From UHGV virus genome UHGV-0405561: DNA of 51,733 bases. One strand, given 5' to 3'. The position numbers were made by a program, and so were the translations under genes. Shown here piece after piece: positions 9,410 to 18,691 of this stretch. Positions within the stretch are counted from its first letter, which is position 1. The number at the start of each line of letters is the position of its first letter. Source of the DNA: a virus. The notes under the pieces are model-generated. The model was given only the letters and a program-made list of their open reading frames with translations, had not been told where the DNA came from and made no database searches.

Positions 9410-10438
9410 TCAATCGCCTTCATGCGTGATTCCATGCGTGATGTCCTCAAAAATTCCCGCAGTTTCCCTGTCGACACCGAGGTCATGCAGATAGATTTCT
9501 GTGGTGCGAATGTTCATGTGTCCAAGCACCTTTTGCGCCCGGCGCGGGTCTTTGAGATGGGTAGCCATAAAGTGGCGCAGGCTGTGGGCCGTAAAGAACG
9601 GTATGCCCGCCTTCTCGCAAAGGCGCTTCATAAGATACTTGATGCGCGGCGTAGTGCGTGGGTAGGGGAGTCCCGTTCCGGGGGCTTCAAAAACAAACCG
9701 CTCATTTTCGCGTAAGGCATAGAGACGGAACAACACCCCGTACAGAGTTGGGCTCATGGCAATCGTGCGTGATTCTCGGTTTCCGCCCCGGCGTTTGCTT
9801 GTCCACAGCCGGACGGTCCTGTTTTCCAGATCAACATCTTCCCACGCCATTTCTCGGATTTCAGAGATGCGCCCCGCCGTGTGAAGAAGGCAGAACAGGA
9901 AATCCCGCTCGAACCCGGTAGCGCAGGACATGAGCTTTGCGACGTCATTTTTAGGCGGGATGTACTTTACTGTCTGTACAGTGGAGAAGGGCTCAGTCTG
10001 GCGCGCGATATTGACCGAAACGTATCCCTCTCGTGTAGCCCATGAGTAAAGCGCGGACAACTCAATGCGATATTTGTTCGCGGACTTCCCGCTCACGGCT
10101 TCCTTGGCTGTTTCGAGAAAGCCTTCCAGATCGTTTTTGGTGATGGTGGAGAATTCGGTTTTAGGGCCGATGAATCTGTTCAGCTTCCGGAGTACGCTTT
10201 TCTTATAGATAAGGGTGTTCTTCTTGCATCGTCCTTCGCGTTTTTGCAGATAAAGCGCCGTGACCTCATACAAGGCCAAGCGTCTGGGCATAGTCACGGA
10301 GTCCTTGGCGGTCGATTCCCATTTGAGCGCCTCCAGCTTTGTCAAGAATCCGCCCCGGTACGCGATTCTTTGCCCTCCCTCGAACACTTCCGCCGCGTAT
10401 CGCATACCATTCTTCGTCTTGTATTTCCTGATTGACAT
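9410..10438 (-). CDS. int: tyrosine recombinase / phage integrase
   Basis: C-terminal catalytic motifs AHSLRHFMATHL and HMNIRTTEIYLH (R-H-R-Y family). N-terminal arm-binding-like RKYKTKNGMRYAAEVFEGGQRIAYRGGFLTKLEA. Start chosen at MSIRKYK. Confidence 0.85.
   Translation of the reverse strand: MSIRKYKTKNGMRYAAEVFEGGQRIAYRGGFLTKLEALKWESTAKDSVTMPRRLALYEVTALYLQKREGRCKKNTLIYKKSVLRKLNRFIGPKTEFSTITKNDLEGFLETAKEAVSGKSANKYRIELSALYSWATREGYVSVNIARQTEPFSTVQTVKYIPPKNDVAKLMSCATGFERDFLFCLLHTAGRISEIREMAWEDVDLENRTVRLWTSKRRGGNRESRTIAMSPTLYGVLFRLYALRENERFVFEAPGTGLPYPRTTPRIKYLMKRLCEKAGIPFFTAHSLRHFMATHLKDPRRAQKVLGHMNIRTTEIYLHDLGVDRETAGIFEDITHGITHEGD
9422..9442. repeat. tandem ATGCGTGAT arm-type repeat (right copy, inside the integrase 3' end)
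   Basis: ATGCGTGATTCCATGCGTGAT. Confidence 0.5.
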
Positions 10439-10601
10439 GAGAAACCTCTTTGAGAGTATCACTATCCCAAAGGAAGCGGACGGAGCGTAGCGTTTTCCCG
10501 CGGCCTACAGGGATATGAGGATATATTTTCCAAATTCTACGGAACGTTTCCCGGCTGATGCCGAGCCGCTCGCTCATCTCGTCGGCGGTGAGTGTTTCCA
10601 T
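10266..10601 (-). CDS. AlpA/Xis-like helix-turn-helix (HTH) protein (excisionase candidate); 3' part overlaps the integrase start in another frame
   Basis: N-terminal MSERLGISRETFRRIWKIYPHIPVGRGK resembles AlpA-family excisionase HTH. The ORF runs about 170 nt into the integrase N-terminus, so the true end is uncertain. Confidence 0.4.
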   Translation of the reverse strand: METLTADEMSERLGISRETFRRIWKIYPHIPVGRGKTLRSVRFLWDSDTLKEVSHVNQEIQDEEWYAIRGGSVRGRAKNRVPGRILDKAGGAQMGIDRQGLRDYAQTLGLV

Positions 10602-10609
10602 TTTTCCTC

Positions 10610-11104
10610 CTAGGCGGCCAGATCGTACACTCGAGTCCCAATCTCAGCTATCTGCGGGTCGACCTTTTCAAGCGCATTGCACAGCGTGGTCAGCGTCTTG
10701 AGCAGGTTGTGCCAGTGAAGGCCCCGGAAGTAGACGGGGCAGGTGTTCCGGGCGTCTTCAAGGAAAGTGAGCCCGGCCCACATCCCGGCACCCCATTGCG
10801 TCCAACGGGTGGCGTCTCCGGCCGCCGCCTGAACATCCCCGACGTGCCCGGCAAGGATATGGAATCGGGCATCCAAATCCCGGCGGGCACCAGCGGATAG
10901 CCTGCGCTTTTGCGTGTCGTCCGCGCACCGTTCGATCCAGCGGTCGACCTTCTCGACCTGCCTGCCAAGGTCGCCAAGCTGAGGAAGCGTTTCGGGCTTG
11001 AGGAGGGATAGCGCCACGGTGATCATGGACAGGGCCAGAACACAGCGGGTGTGCTGGACGGCCTCGGGTGGGTAAGGGATTACGGGGGTGATGGGTCTAC
11101 GCAT
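10610..11104 (-). CDS. hypothetical protein
   Basis: 164-aa ORF in the early leftward operon. No recognisable motif. Confidence 0.4.
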   Translation of the reverse strand: MRRPITPVIPYPPEAVQHTRCVLALSMITVALSLLKPETLPQLGDLGRQVEKVDRWIERCADDTQKRRLSAGARRDLDARFHILAGHVGDVQAAAGDATRWTQWGAGMWAGLTFLEDARNTCPVYFRGLHWHNLLKTLTTLCNALEKVDPQIAEIGTRVYDLAA

Positions 11105-11141
11105 ATAATCCTCCAGAAAAAGGAAAGCCCCTGTTCGGGGC

Positions 11142-11639
11142 TTAGCTATTCGGTTCGTACCGAGCTTCCTTATAGAAAATAATCCAGTGTGTTTTCAGGT
11201 TGGTTGTCGTGGTATGTCCCAAAAGAGGGCGTTGCGAAAAACAGGAAAGCACTTCGCGTAGGTTGATCTGTGTTTCGTTCCACTTGAAAATCAGCGTCCC
11301 TCCGGGCTTGAGGACGCGCCAGCATTCTGAAAAGCCTTTGGCCAGATCGGTGTGCCATGTCTCCCTTGTGAGTTTTCCGTATTTTTTTCCTTGCCACGAG
11401 CGTGGACCACATCTTTCAAGGTGTGGCGGATCAAAAATGACGAGATGGAATTTTTCATCGGCATGAGGCAGTGCTCTGAAATCGGCAACGGTATCAGGAG
11501 AAACTCTAAATACTCTGCCGTCGCAAAGTACATGCTCTTCATGTCGGATGTCGCTATACAGTACCAGAGGATTCTGCTTGTCGAAGTAGAACATGCGGCC
11601 ACCACAACATGGGTCCAGAACTTGAGGGAGGGTGCTCAT
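11142..11639 (-). CDS. DNA methyltransferase (N6-A/N4-C family, small phage type)
   Basis: DPCCGG (motif I-like) and VIFDPPH (DPPY/H motif IV). Confidence 0.65.
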   Translation of the reverse strand: MSTLPQVLDPCCGGRMFYFDKQNPLVLYSDIRHEEHVLCDGRVFRVSPDTVADFRALPHADEKFHLVIFDPPHLERCGPRSWQGKKYGKLTRETWHTDLAKGFSECWRVLKPGGTLIFKWNETQINLREVLSCFSQRPLLGHTTTTNLKTHWIIFYKEARYEPNS

Positions 11640-12409
11640 TCAAACCCCCGTAGATATGCCTGCCAGTAGCTTTCTGGTGTTTCGTGGCGCTGGTTACTTC
11701 TCAAACCTTCAACCATTTTAGCTATAAACCACTTTTTTACTGCGTGTTCATATGCCTTCCATATCCCCGGCCAGCGTCGCATTGACTTTTCGCGCTGTCG
11801 TGTGGCCCCCGGAGCTTTGCCAAGGATAAAGGGACAAACTACACAGCCGATACGATTGAAACCTTGGTCGTATAATAATGGATACGGTAAGTTCATGGAT
11901 TCGATGAACTCCCATACGGCCCACTCGGGCCATGCAAAAATCGGCTTGTAGATAGTTTGCTTGCGAAAGCTGTTTATTCTTGGGCGGGATGCGCGACGCA
12001 CCGATTCTTCCGCTCGAATACCCATTATGCGATGACGCAAGGGATGATTGTCTGACGGTTCTTTTTTCAGGACATCGCAGCACCAACGTTGCATCCTGAG
12101 CGGAGGAGCCTTCTTTTGTATGGCCTCCCACATCGTCATTTTTGAGTATAACCACGTCACTTTGGGGTAGTGCATCCGGATGAAGCGTACAACTTCCGGC
12201 GGATCGATGCGGGTACAGGAGTAAAACGCCTGATGTTTGACCCCTGCTATGCGGCATAACTCAAGAGACACGATAGAGTCTTTACCGCCGCTGAACCCGA
12301 CAAAAAAGCCTTCCGACGGTTCGTTCTCCCGCAAGAAGGCTATCGCCTCGGTTGTATAGTCGCGCAGTTCGTATCCGGGCAGTGAATACTGCCGGATGGT
12401 ATTTTTCAT
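11636..12409 (-). CDS. PAPS-reductase/DndC-like ATP-pyrophosphatase family protein
   Basis: FSGGKDS P-loop, characteristic of the PAPS reductase fold. Overlaps the methyltransferase start by 4 nt, so they are co-transcribed. Confidence 0.7.
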   Translation of the reverse strand: MKNTIRQYSLPGYELRDYTTEAIAFLRENEPSEGFFVGFSGGKDSIVSLELCRIAGVKHQAFYSCTRIDPPEVVRFIRMHYPKVTWLYSKMTMWEAIQKKAPPLRMQRWCCDVLKKEPSDNHPLRHRIMGIRAEESVRRASRPRINSFRKQTIYKPIFAWPEWAVWEFIESMNLPYPLLYDQGFNRIGCVVCPFILGKAPGATRQREKSMRRWPGIWKAYEHAVKKWFIAKMVEGLRSNQRHETPESYWQAYLRGFE

Positions 12410-12711
12410 TTTATCGGCTCCGTCATTTCAAAAGCGTCTTGTATCTTTCCGTCAAAATCGTTGTCGCCGTGGTCTTCATCACAGAGCCTTCCGGCGAGAT
12501 ATTCGATCATATCTATAAGCCTCGGCATGGCGTTGCAGGCCGCGACGATATAATCTCCATCGAATTTACTGTTGGCACAGGCTACGGTTTTATCCTTCAA
12601 TCCACCTCTTCCAAGAGAATATATGGGATACATTCCATCCAAAATATACGGCCCCGGTGTCGCTGCATTTTTCTGTTGTTTTAGAGCGTCAAGCCATTCC
12701 TGTGCTGTCAT
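12406..12711 (-). CDS. hypothetical protein (101 aa)
   Basis: ORF from MTAQEWLDAL. Stop overlaps the downstream gene start. Confidence 0.4.
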   Translation of the reverse strand: MTAQEWLDALKQQKNAATPGPYILDGMYPIYSLGRGGLKDKTVACANSKFDGDYIVAACNAMPRLIDMIEYLAGRLCDEDHGDNDFDGKIQDAFEMTEPIK

Positions 12712-12974
12712 TTTCAATTCCTTTCGCTCAGTTTTCGCATATCGCCAGCAGCGGCATATCAAATTCAGGAACAGGATATTCCTGCGGTGAATAGTTCGCC
12801 GCCGCCAGTGCCGCCGCGATGGGTGGGCAGACGCAGTTGCCGATGCCGCGCACCTGCGCCGTCTTGGTGATCGGCGCTCCGTCCGCCGTGCGCATATCAT
12901 CCCGCGTGATTCGTATGCGCGGCCCACGGTTGGGGTATGAAAAGCCCCACCGGGGGAGGGCGAGGCGTGGTGTG

Positions 12975-13784
12975 TTAGGCAATGACCTTGACGCCTTCCG
13001 GCAGGTTTTCCATCAGCCATGCCCGGATGTTGGCGATGGCCTCCAGCTTCCACGCGCCGCCGTCGCACTCGATGAGCTTGCAGGCCAGCGGGCTGGACTG
13101 GAGCCGGAACACGACCTTGTGCGCGGGCTGCGCGACTTCGGAGAAGGTACTGAACGGGTAGAGAACAGCCGGGGAGGGGACGGGGACTTCGGCCTTGCGG
13201 GCCGCGCCCTGCCGGATGGACACTTCCTGTGACACGCCGTCGTCCTGTACGCGGACTTCCGAGGTGTCCACGAGGTTGCCGCTGATCTTGATGAGCGCGT
13301 CGAGATCGTCCGAGGGCACGAAGCAGGACTGGAGGTATGGCACGAACTCGTCGGGCGTGACGAAGCGTCCGAAGGTGTGTTCCGGGACAACGGCGTCGGC
13401 CTGCATGTACGTGGTGCGCTGCTTCCAGCCCCCGAAGGGGGTGGACATAACCCTCACGGTCCTCACATCGCAGACGTGGACAAGGAGCTTTTCGAGGTCC
13501 AGCCCGTCGGGGTTCTGGTTGAGGTAGTCCACCACGGCCTGCAAGGTGCCCACGGTGAGTGTGTCCTGTTCCGCGTCATGGAGGAATTGCCATTCCCCTT
13601 CCGGATCACGCTTGTAGAACCGCAACCCGTCTTCCGTGACATGAACGGGAAGCGTAGCCTTGGCCTTGCCGTCAAGGTACTCGAGTTCCCGGCCTACGCC
13701 GATAAGATGTTTGTCAGCTTCGATGCGGTTGATTTCCATGTGATTCTCCTTTGGGTTACTGGTTGATGTGGGCGTCGTGTTCAT
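12975..13784 (-). CDS. hypothetical phage early protein
   Basis: 269-aa ORF with protein-like composition in the recombination module. Confidence 0.45.
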   Translation of the reverse strand: MNTTPTSTSNPKENHMEINRIEADKHLIGVGRELEYLDGKAKATLPVHVTEDGLRFYKRDPEGEWQFLHDAEQDTLTVGTLQAVVDYLNQNPDGLDLEKLLVHVCDVRTVRVMSTPFGGWKQRTTYMQADAVVPEHTFGRFVTPDEFVPYLQSCFVPSDDLDALIKISGNLVDTSEVRVQDDGVSQEVSIRQGAARKAEVPVPSPAVLYPFSTFSEVAQPAHKVVFRLQSSPLACKLIECDGGAWKLEAIANIRAWLMENLPEGVKVIA

Positions 13785-14169
13785 CGGCCTTCTTGAACGG
13801 GGTCACGTTCACGGTGACGCCGCCGTGATCCCTGAGTTCCGAAGGCATGGTGCCCTCGAAACGGTACTGGTCCGGGCGGTTGTCAGCGAACGACTCGAAC
13901 AGCACGGGAGCGCCGTCGATCCTGTCGAGTACGACCGGGATAGTCTGCGGTTCCTGCGGCTGGAGGCTGGTCGTCACGACGGCCTTGGATGCGATCAGCG
14001 TCCGGCTTTCGTCGGGCTTGAAGGTGATCTTGAGGGTGACGGTGCGGGGCTTGTCAGGGGGCGTATTCACGTCCGCGATGTTGTCCGCGACCTTGGCAAG
14101 CGCGAAGTTGACGGCTTCGACCACGCCGCCGTTGTTCACGGTCCTGATGTCGAGCGGGCTGCTGCTCAT
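13756..14169 (-). CDS. hypothetical protein
   Basis: 137-aa ORF. Confidence 0.4.
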   Translation of the reverse strand: MSSSPLDIRTVNNGGVVEAVNFALAKVADNIADVNTPPDKPRTVTLKITFKPDESRTLIASKAVVTTSLQPQEPQTIPVVLDRIDGAPVLFESFADNRPDQYRFEGTMPSELRDHGGVTVNVTPFKKADEHDAHINQ

Positions 14170-14282
14170 GAGTGTTCTCCTTCGAGTAAAAGAAAGCCCG
14201 CCGGGTGCGGGCGGGCTGGCGTTTTGCCGGGGTACATGCCCCCCGGCGGGCTGTATGGGGACGGCGCGGGAGGTTGCGCCGG

Positions 14283-15260
14283 TTACATGATGCTGACGGT
14301 GGCCACGGAACGGAGTTGCGCGAGGAGGTCCTGCACGACCAGTTCGCGGGCCGGTTCGTAGGCGACGGACAGGATCAGGGTCGTGGTGACCGGAGGCGCG
14401 GTGGGGAAGTCGTCTTCTTCGATGAGGGAAGCTGCGGGCGCTGGCGTCGGCACGGCCTGCCGGGCTTCCTCGGTTGCGGCTTCGCGCGCGCCCTTGTCCC
14501 GTGTCTGCCGTTCGCGCAGGCTGGCCTCGGCGGCGAACGTCTGGGCGATGACGGAGGCGGCTTCCTCCACGGTGATGTCCAGCGACAGGCAGGGCGCGAA
14601 CTTGCCCATCGGGAGGCTGAAGCCGTACTCCTCGGCCTTGGCCTTCAACGCGGCTTCAACCATCGTGGCGCGGTCGGCCTTGGCCCGCTCAAGCTGTTCG
14701 GCGGCGGCCTTGTCCCGCTTGTACTCTGCGATGACGTTTTGGATTTCGGCGTGCAGTTGGGCCGCCTTGATGCTCTTGTTGAGCCACGATTCCTTGATGG
14801 GAATGTCGAGCTCCGGTACGCCCTCGCCGTTTTTCAGGGAGTCGATGACGAACTGGACGGACGCGCGGCGGCCTTCGCGGTCGCGCTTCTCGAATTCCTT
14901 GACCTGCGCGTCGAGTCCGGCGCGGACTTCGACGACACGGGCGACGAGCGCCCTGGCCTCGTCGTTGAATGCGTCCAGCGGTCCGGCAATCCGACGGGTG
15001 ATCTCCTTGCGGGCGTCGTCGAGCCTGTCGCGGAGCTTGTTCAACCCCGCCATTTCGGACTTGATGGCGGGCACGTCCTCTTCCCGCACCGCGAGTCCTT
15101 CGTACTGCTCCAGCACGGCGTCGAGCAGGGCGGACACGGCGTCCCGATTCCAGTTGATGACGAGCGGCGTGGCGGTGACGGCAAGGTCGAACTGCTCCAG
15201 TCCGGTGGGCTGCACGTGTGCCGGGGGGAGGGCTTCCAGTTTTTCTGCGGTCTGAGTCAT
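14283..15260 (-). CDS. hypothetical phage protein (coiled-coil; DUF1351-like?)
   Basis: 325 aa with long charged coiled-coil segments. Sits directly before SSB, as DUF1351 genes do in other phages. Confidence 0.45.
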   Translation of the reverse strand: MTQTAEKLEALPPAHVQPTGLEQFDLAVTATPLVINWNRDAVSALLDAVLEQYEGLAVREEDVPAIKSEMAGLNKLRDRLDDARKEITRRIAGPLDAFNDEARALVARVVEVRAGLDAQVKEFEKRDREGRRASVQFVIDSLKNGEGVPELDIPIKESWLNKSIKAAQLHAEIQNVIAEYKRDKAAAEQLERAKADRATMVEAALKAKAEEYGFSLPMGKFAPCLSLDITVEEAASVIAQTFAAEASLRERQTRDKGAREAATEEARQAVPTPAPAASLIEEDDFPTAPPVTTTLILSVAYEPARELVVQDLLAQLRSVATVSIM

Positions 15261-15281
15261 GGGTGTATCCTGTTGGTTTTG

Positions 15282-15752
15282 CTAGAACGGAATGTCGTCC
15301 ATGCCGGAGCATTCGGACGGGAAGGCGGGGCCGAGGTCTTCATAGTCCGCCGGAGGCTGGCCTTGCCGTTGCCCCTGCGGACGTCCGTTTCCCTGTCGGC
15401 CCTGTTGCCCGCCGGATTGCCCGCTGTTGCGGTCGAGGAACTGGACGCGGTGGGCCCTGATCTCGGTGACGTAGCGGTCCTGCCCCTGCTGGTCCTGCCA
15501 TTTGCGGGTTTGCAGGCTTCCCTCGACGAACACGAGGCTGCCCTTGGCGAGGTACTGCGAGCTGTTTTCCGCCGCCTTCTGGAACACCACGACGCGGTGC
15601 CACTCGGCCTTGTCCACCTTGTTTCCGTCGCGGTCCGTGTAGGATTCGTCCGTGGCGACGTTCAGGGTACAGACGGGCGCGCCTGCCTGCGTGTATTTCA
15701 ACTCGGGATCGCGCCCGAGTCGGCCGATAACCATCACTTTGTTGAGGCTCAT
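15282..15752 (-). CDS. ssb: single-stranded DNA-binding protein
   Basis: OB-fold N-terminus, a Gly/Gln-rich linker (GQSGGQQGRQGNGRPQGQ) and an acidic DDIPF C-terminus. Confidence 0.9.
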   Translation of the reverse strand: MSLNKVMVIGRLGRDPELKYTQAGAPVCTLNVATDESYTDRDGNKVDKAEWHRVVVFQKAAENSSQYLAKGSLVFVEGSLQTRKWQDQQGQDRYVTEIRAHRVQFLDRNSGQSGGQQGRQGNGRPQGQRQGQPPADYEDLGPAFPSECSGMDDIPF

Positions 15753-15828
15753 GGAATCTCCTGCTGGGGTAAAGAAAAGCCCCGTCCGGTTATCCGGGCG
15801 GGGCTTTGGTATTGGGGATTGAAGATAT

Positions 15829-16125
15829 CTATTCTTCGCTTGAATGGAAGAAAAACTTTCGGGTGATGAACGTGGCAACAATGCCTACGAGGGTCGCTCC
15901 TGACAGAATAGTTCCCTCAAAGGGGTATCCGCACAGGACGATGACGCCACCTGTCAGAATGGCGATTATGCTGACGACAAAAGCCAGCCATTGCCCCCTG
16001 CCTTCCGCCTTTCGGTTTGCCCGCATGTCTTCGATGTTGGCTTCCAAAGCTATTTTTCCATATCGTGCCTGTACTGTTGCTCTTTTTCCGCATAGGTCAG
16101 GATACGTTTCGCCGCGCCGGGACAA
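15829..16125 (-). CDS. small membrane protein
   Basis: Two predicted transmembrane (TM) helices (WLAFVVSIIAILTGGVIVL, ATLVGIVATFI). Overlaps the next ORF. Confidence 0.35.
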   Translation of the reverse strand: MSRRGETYPDLCGKRATVQARYGKIALEANIEDMRANRKAEGRGQWLAFVVSIIAILTGGVIVLCGYPFEGTILSGATLVGIVATFITRKFFFHSSEE

Positions 16126-16289
16126 ATATCCTCATAGGCACGGACAATTTCCGGCGAAGGAAGTGGCCCTTCGTGGGCACTGATTTGCATGGAGGCAAGG
16201 GGAAGCCCCAAGCGCAATCCTTGTTCTGTTTCTGCGGGAGAGGCTTGGACCTGAGCGTTATCGTTCATCGGCGTATTTCCGCGTAGCAT
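16050..16289 (-). CDS. DUF2335-like phage protein
   Basis: VRAYEDICPGAAKRILTYAEKEQQYRHDMEK resembles DUF2335. May be the N-terminal part of a gene split from the 15829-16125 ORF. Confidence 0.35.
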   Translation of the reverse strand: MLRGNTPMNDNAQVQASPAETEQGLRLGLPLASMQISAHEGPLPSPEIVRAYEDICPGAAKRILTYAEKEQQYRHDMEK

Positions 16290-16520
16290 TGCGGATATCC
16301 TTTCCGACCATCGTCATGTCACGACTGAACATAGCGAGATCGTTTCTGTTTTTCATTTCCTGCAACGTCTGTAACACCTTTTTTTGTGCACGGCATGCGG
16401 GGCGGGGAGAAAGGGAGAGAAGGCTCCCGAAAGACGACATGAGGGAAACGACGTTTTTTTTCATGGCGATTTCCTTTGGCAAGAAGATACCTGATGTGGT
16501 CTGGGGAGCCAATCGGAAAT

Positions 16521-17405
16521 TTATGCGGCGCGGGTCCGGCCCGCTTCAATCTCCTTCCGGCGCGTCCGGTAGGCTTCGCGGATGGCCCCGATGTCCGGGT
16601 GGTTCTCCGGGACGGCGAGCCGGTCGGCGGTGGCACGCAGGGCCGTGACCGTCTCGCAGGCGTTGAACGCGGCGATGACCTGTTCCGCCGGGATGATGTT
16701 CGGGATGGAGGACGTGGGGCGAGGGACATCCGGCTGAGTGTCCGCTGCGGTTTCCGCTCTCGCCTCGATTTCTTTCCGCTTTTTACCGAACATGTTCTTG
16801 ACCGCCCCGTAGTCCGGGTGCCCTTCGGGAATGCGGTGGCGGTTCCAACACGCGACGCAACCGTCGCCGTCGCGTACCTCGTTCAACTCTTTGGCGAGAG
16901 CGGCGAGGTCCACACGCTTCGGTTGTGGGGCGGGTTCGGGAGCGTTGCGCCGGGGCTGTTCCCGGCCGTCGTTCCGGTCCCGCCCGCCCGCGCCTTCGCC
17001 GTCGTCATCGTCGTCGGCAACCACGCCGACCAACGCGGAGAGCGAATAGCGGCGGGCGTAGGTGATTGCGCTCCCCATTGACTGCACGGCGTTCTTGGAG
17101 CCCGTATTGTCGTATGGCATCCTGCATTCCGATGCCAGCCATTGCCCCGACTCGTGCATCAACATGGTCCTGACGTGTGCGACGCCCTCGGTGGGGAGAA
17201 CGATCTGGGCGATGGAGAGGCCGTGCTTGGGGAGCACCTTGCGGACCGCATCGATCATCGCCGTCAAATCAGCGTATTTGCGCGAGAGCCTTCCCTTTTC
17301 CCCAATGGCTGCCGTGGCGTTCCTCTCTGCGGGTTCAAGCTCGCCCTGTGCGGCGGCAAGGGCCTTCGCCAGTTCGTTGATTTGTTCGCTGTGCGTTTCG
17401 CACAT
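16521..17405 (-). CDS. erf: ERF-family single-strand annealing protein
   Basis: N-terminal INELAKALAAAQGELEPAERNATAA...YADLTAMIDAVRKVLPKHGLS fits the ERF superfamily. Paired with ssb. Confidence 0.65.
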   Translation of the reverse strand: MCETHSEQINELAKALAAAQGELEPAERNATAAIGEKGRLSRKYADLTAMIDAVRKVLPKHGLSIAQIVLPTEGVAHVRTMLMHESGQWLASECRMPYDNTGSKNAVQSMGSAITYARRYSLSALVGVVADDDDDGEGAGGRDRNDGREQPRRNAPEPAPQPKRVDLAALAKELNEVRDGDGCVACWNRHRIPEGHPDYGAVKNMFGKKRKEIEARAETAADTQPDVPRPTSSIPNIIPAEQVIAAFNACETVTALRATADRLAVPENHPDIGAIREAYRTRRKEIEAGRTRAA

Positions 17406-17534
17406 GGCTCTACTCCTCTTCGGCTTCCGTGTTCCTGCGCTGGCTCCGCGCATAAGCGGCGTTGCCCGCCGCGATCAAGAGTTCCTCGTCCGTCCAGGGG
17501 CCGTGTTCGTCGCCGTAGGCGTCGTCCGTCCAGT

Positions 17535-17909
17535 TCATCGCAGAACCTCCTTGAGCAGCGGCTCGATGATGGGGCGCATGCCGAGCGCGAGGAAACAGCC
17601 GCCGAGCAGGGCGGCGACCAGCACCGCGTACAGAAGGCGGTCCGGGATGTGCCAGTGGCGCGCGTCGTCGGGATCGGGGAGGGGGTACTTGTGGACCGGG
17701 GTTGCGCGCTGTTCTTTCATGGGCTGCTTCCTCACTTTCGCGGCGGCTTCGGCAAAGGCGCGCGCCGCGTTCTCGTAGATGACGGCGATTTCTTCACGGG
17801 TGTACGACTTGTTGCAGTGGCGGCACCGGAGCCTGTCGCCGTCGGTTTCCGTCAGGCGGATCAGGCGGCCCTGCGCCTTGCAGTGCGGGCAGACGATGCG
17901 GGCTTTCAT
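17535..17909 (-). CDS. Zn-ribbon protein with C-terminal TM segment
   Basis: CPHC...CRHC, and VLVAALLGGCFLALG. Confidence 0.4.
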   Translation of the reverse strand: MKARIVCPHCKAQGRLIRLTETDGDRLRCRHCNKSYTREEIAVIYENAARAFAEAAAKVRKQPMKEQRATPVHKYPLPDPDDARHWHIPDRLLYAVLVAALLGGCFLALGMRPIIEPLLKEVLR

Positions 17910-18145
17910 GCGGCGACCCTCCTTTTCAAGATGGCGTACTTGTTGGCTTCGGCCTGTGCGCGGCGTTCAAGGCGGGCGTAGGCGTCGCGCAGGGCCTCGG
18001 GGGTGTACGTCTCGCCGCAGTTCGGGCAGCGGTAGACGCCGTTCTTCCCGGCGAGCCTGCGGGGGCGTTCCGGGTTCCAGACCATGCAGCGGGGGCAGTA
18101 GAGCGTGCTCATGCGACCCGCCTTTCGTCGAGCTTTTCGATCCAC
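17906..18145 (-). CDS. Zn-ribbon protein
   Basis: CPRC...CPNC. Confidence 0.4.
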   Translation of the reverse strand: MDRKARRKAGRMSTLYCPRCMVWNPERPRRLAGKNGVYRCPNCGETYTPEALRDAYARLERRAQAEANKYAILKRRVAA

Positions 18146-18462
18146 AGGCCGACGACCTCGGCGTCCGAGACGTACCCGGCCCGCACATCCTCATAGAGGG
18201 CGATGAGTTCCGCCTCGTCGCATTCCCCGCCGCATTCCGGGCAGGTGAACGTCCCGTTCTCATAGGTCAGATAGTGGTGGCTGCCGTCGTACCCAAGGCA
18301 GTTGGGGCAGGGGAAAAGCTCGCGCCTCAGCATGGCGTCGCGCGCCTGCCGTGCGGCGAGGTTTTCATCCGCATCGCGTTCGAGAGCGCGCTCGATGCAG
18401 TCTTCCGGGTGGGCGCAGGTCCCAAAGGCCCCCTCACGTCCGCAGTTCATTCCGTAACACAT
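18109..18462 (-). CDS. Zn-ribbon protein
   Basis: CPNC...CPEC, start at MCYGMNCG. Confidence 0.4.
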   Translation of the reverse strand: MCYGMNCGREGAFGTCAHPEDCIERALERDADENLAARQARDAMLRRELFPCPNCLGYDGSHHYLTYENGTFTCPECGGECDEAELIALYEDVRAGYVSDAEVVGLWIEKLDERRVA

Positions 18463-18691
18463 GGAAATACCCTCGTTTTGATGTTCGGTTCGGTGTCCCA
18501 AACCCAATGAAAAAGCCCGGCTGGTGTCCGGGCTTTTCGATGGGGCTAGGCATGAAAAAAGGCGGCTCTTTCGAGTCGCCTTGATTCGGTCAGCGGGGTT
18601 TGTGGTCAAGAGTGCTTTCGGGTGTACCGATAATACCCGTACACGCAAGCCGCTGTTACGATAACTCCGATAAGTACATAGTAATAAGGAC

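Noticed and set aside
14205-15866. 553-aa plus-strand ORF spanning the SSB region
   Set aside because: Antisense to ssb and the DUF1351-like gene. Gly/Arg/Leu-rich junk composition.
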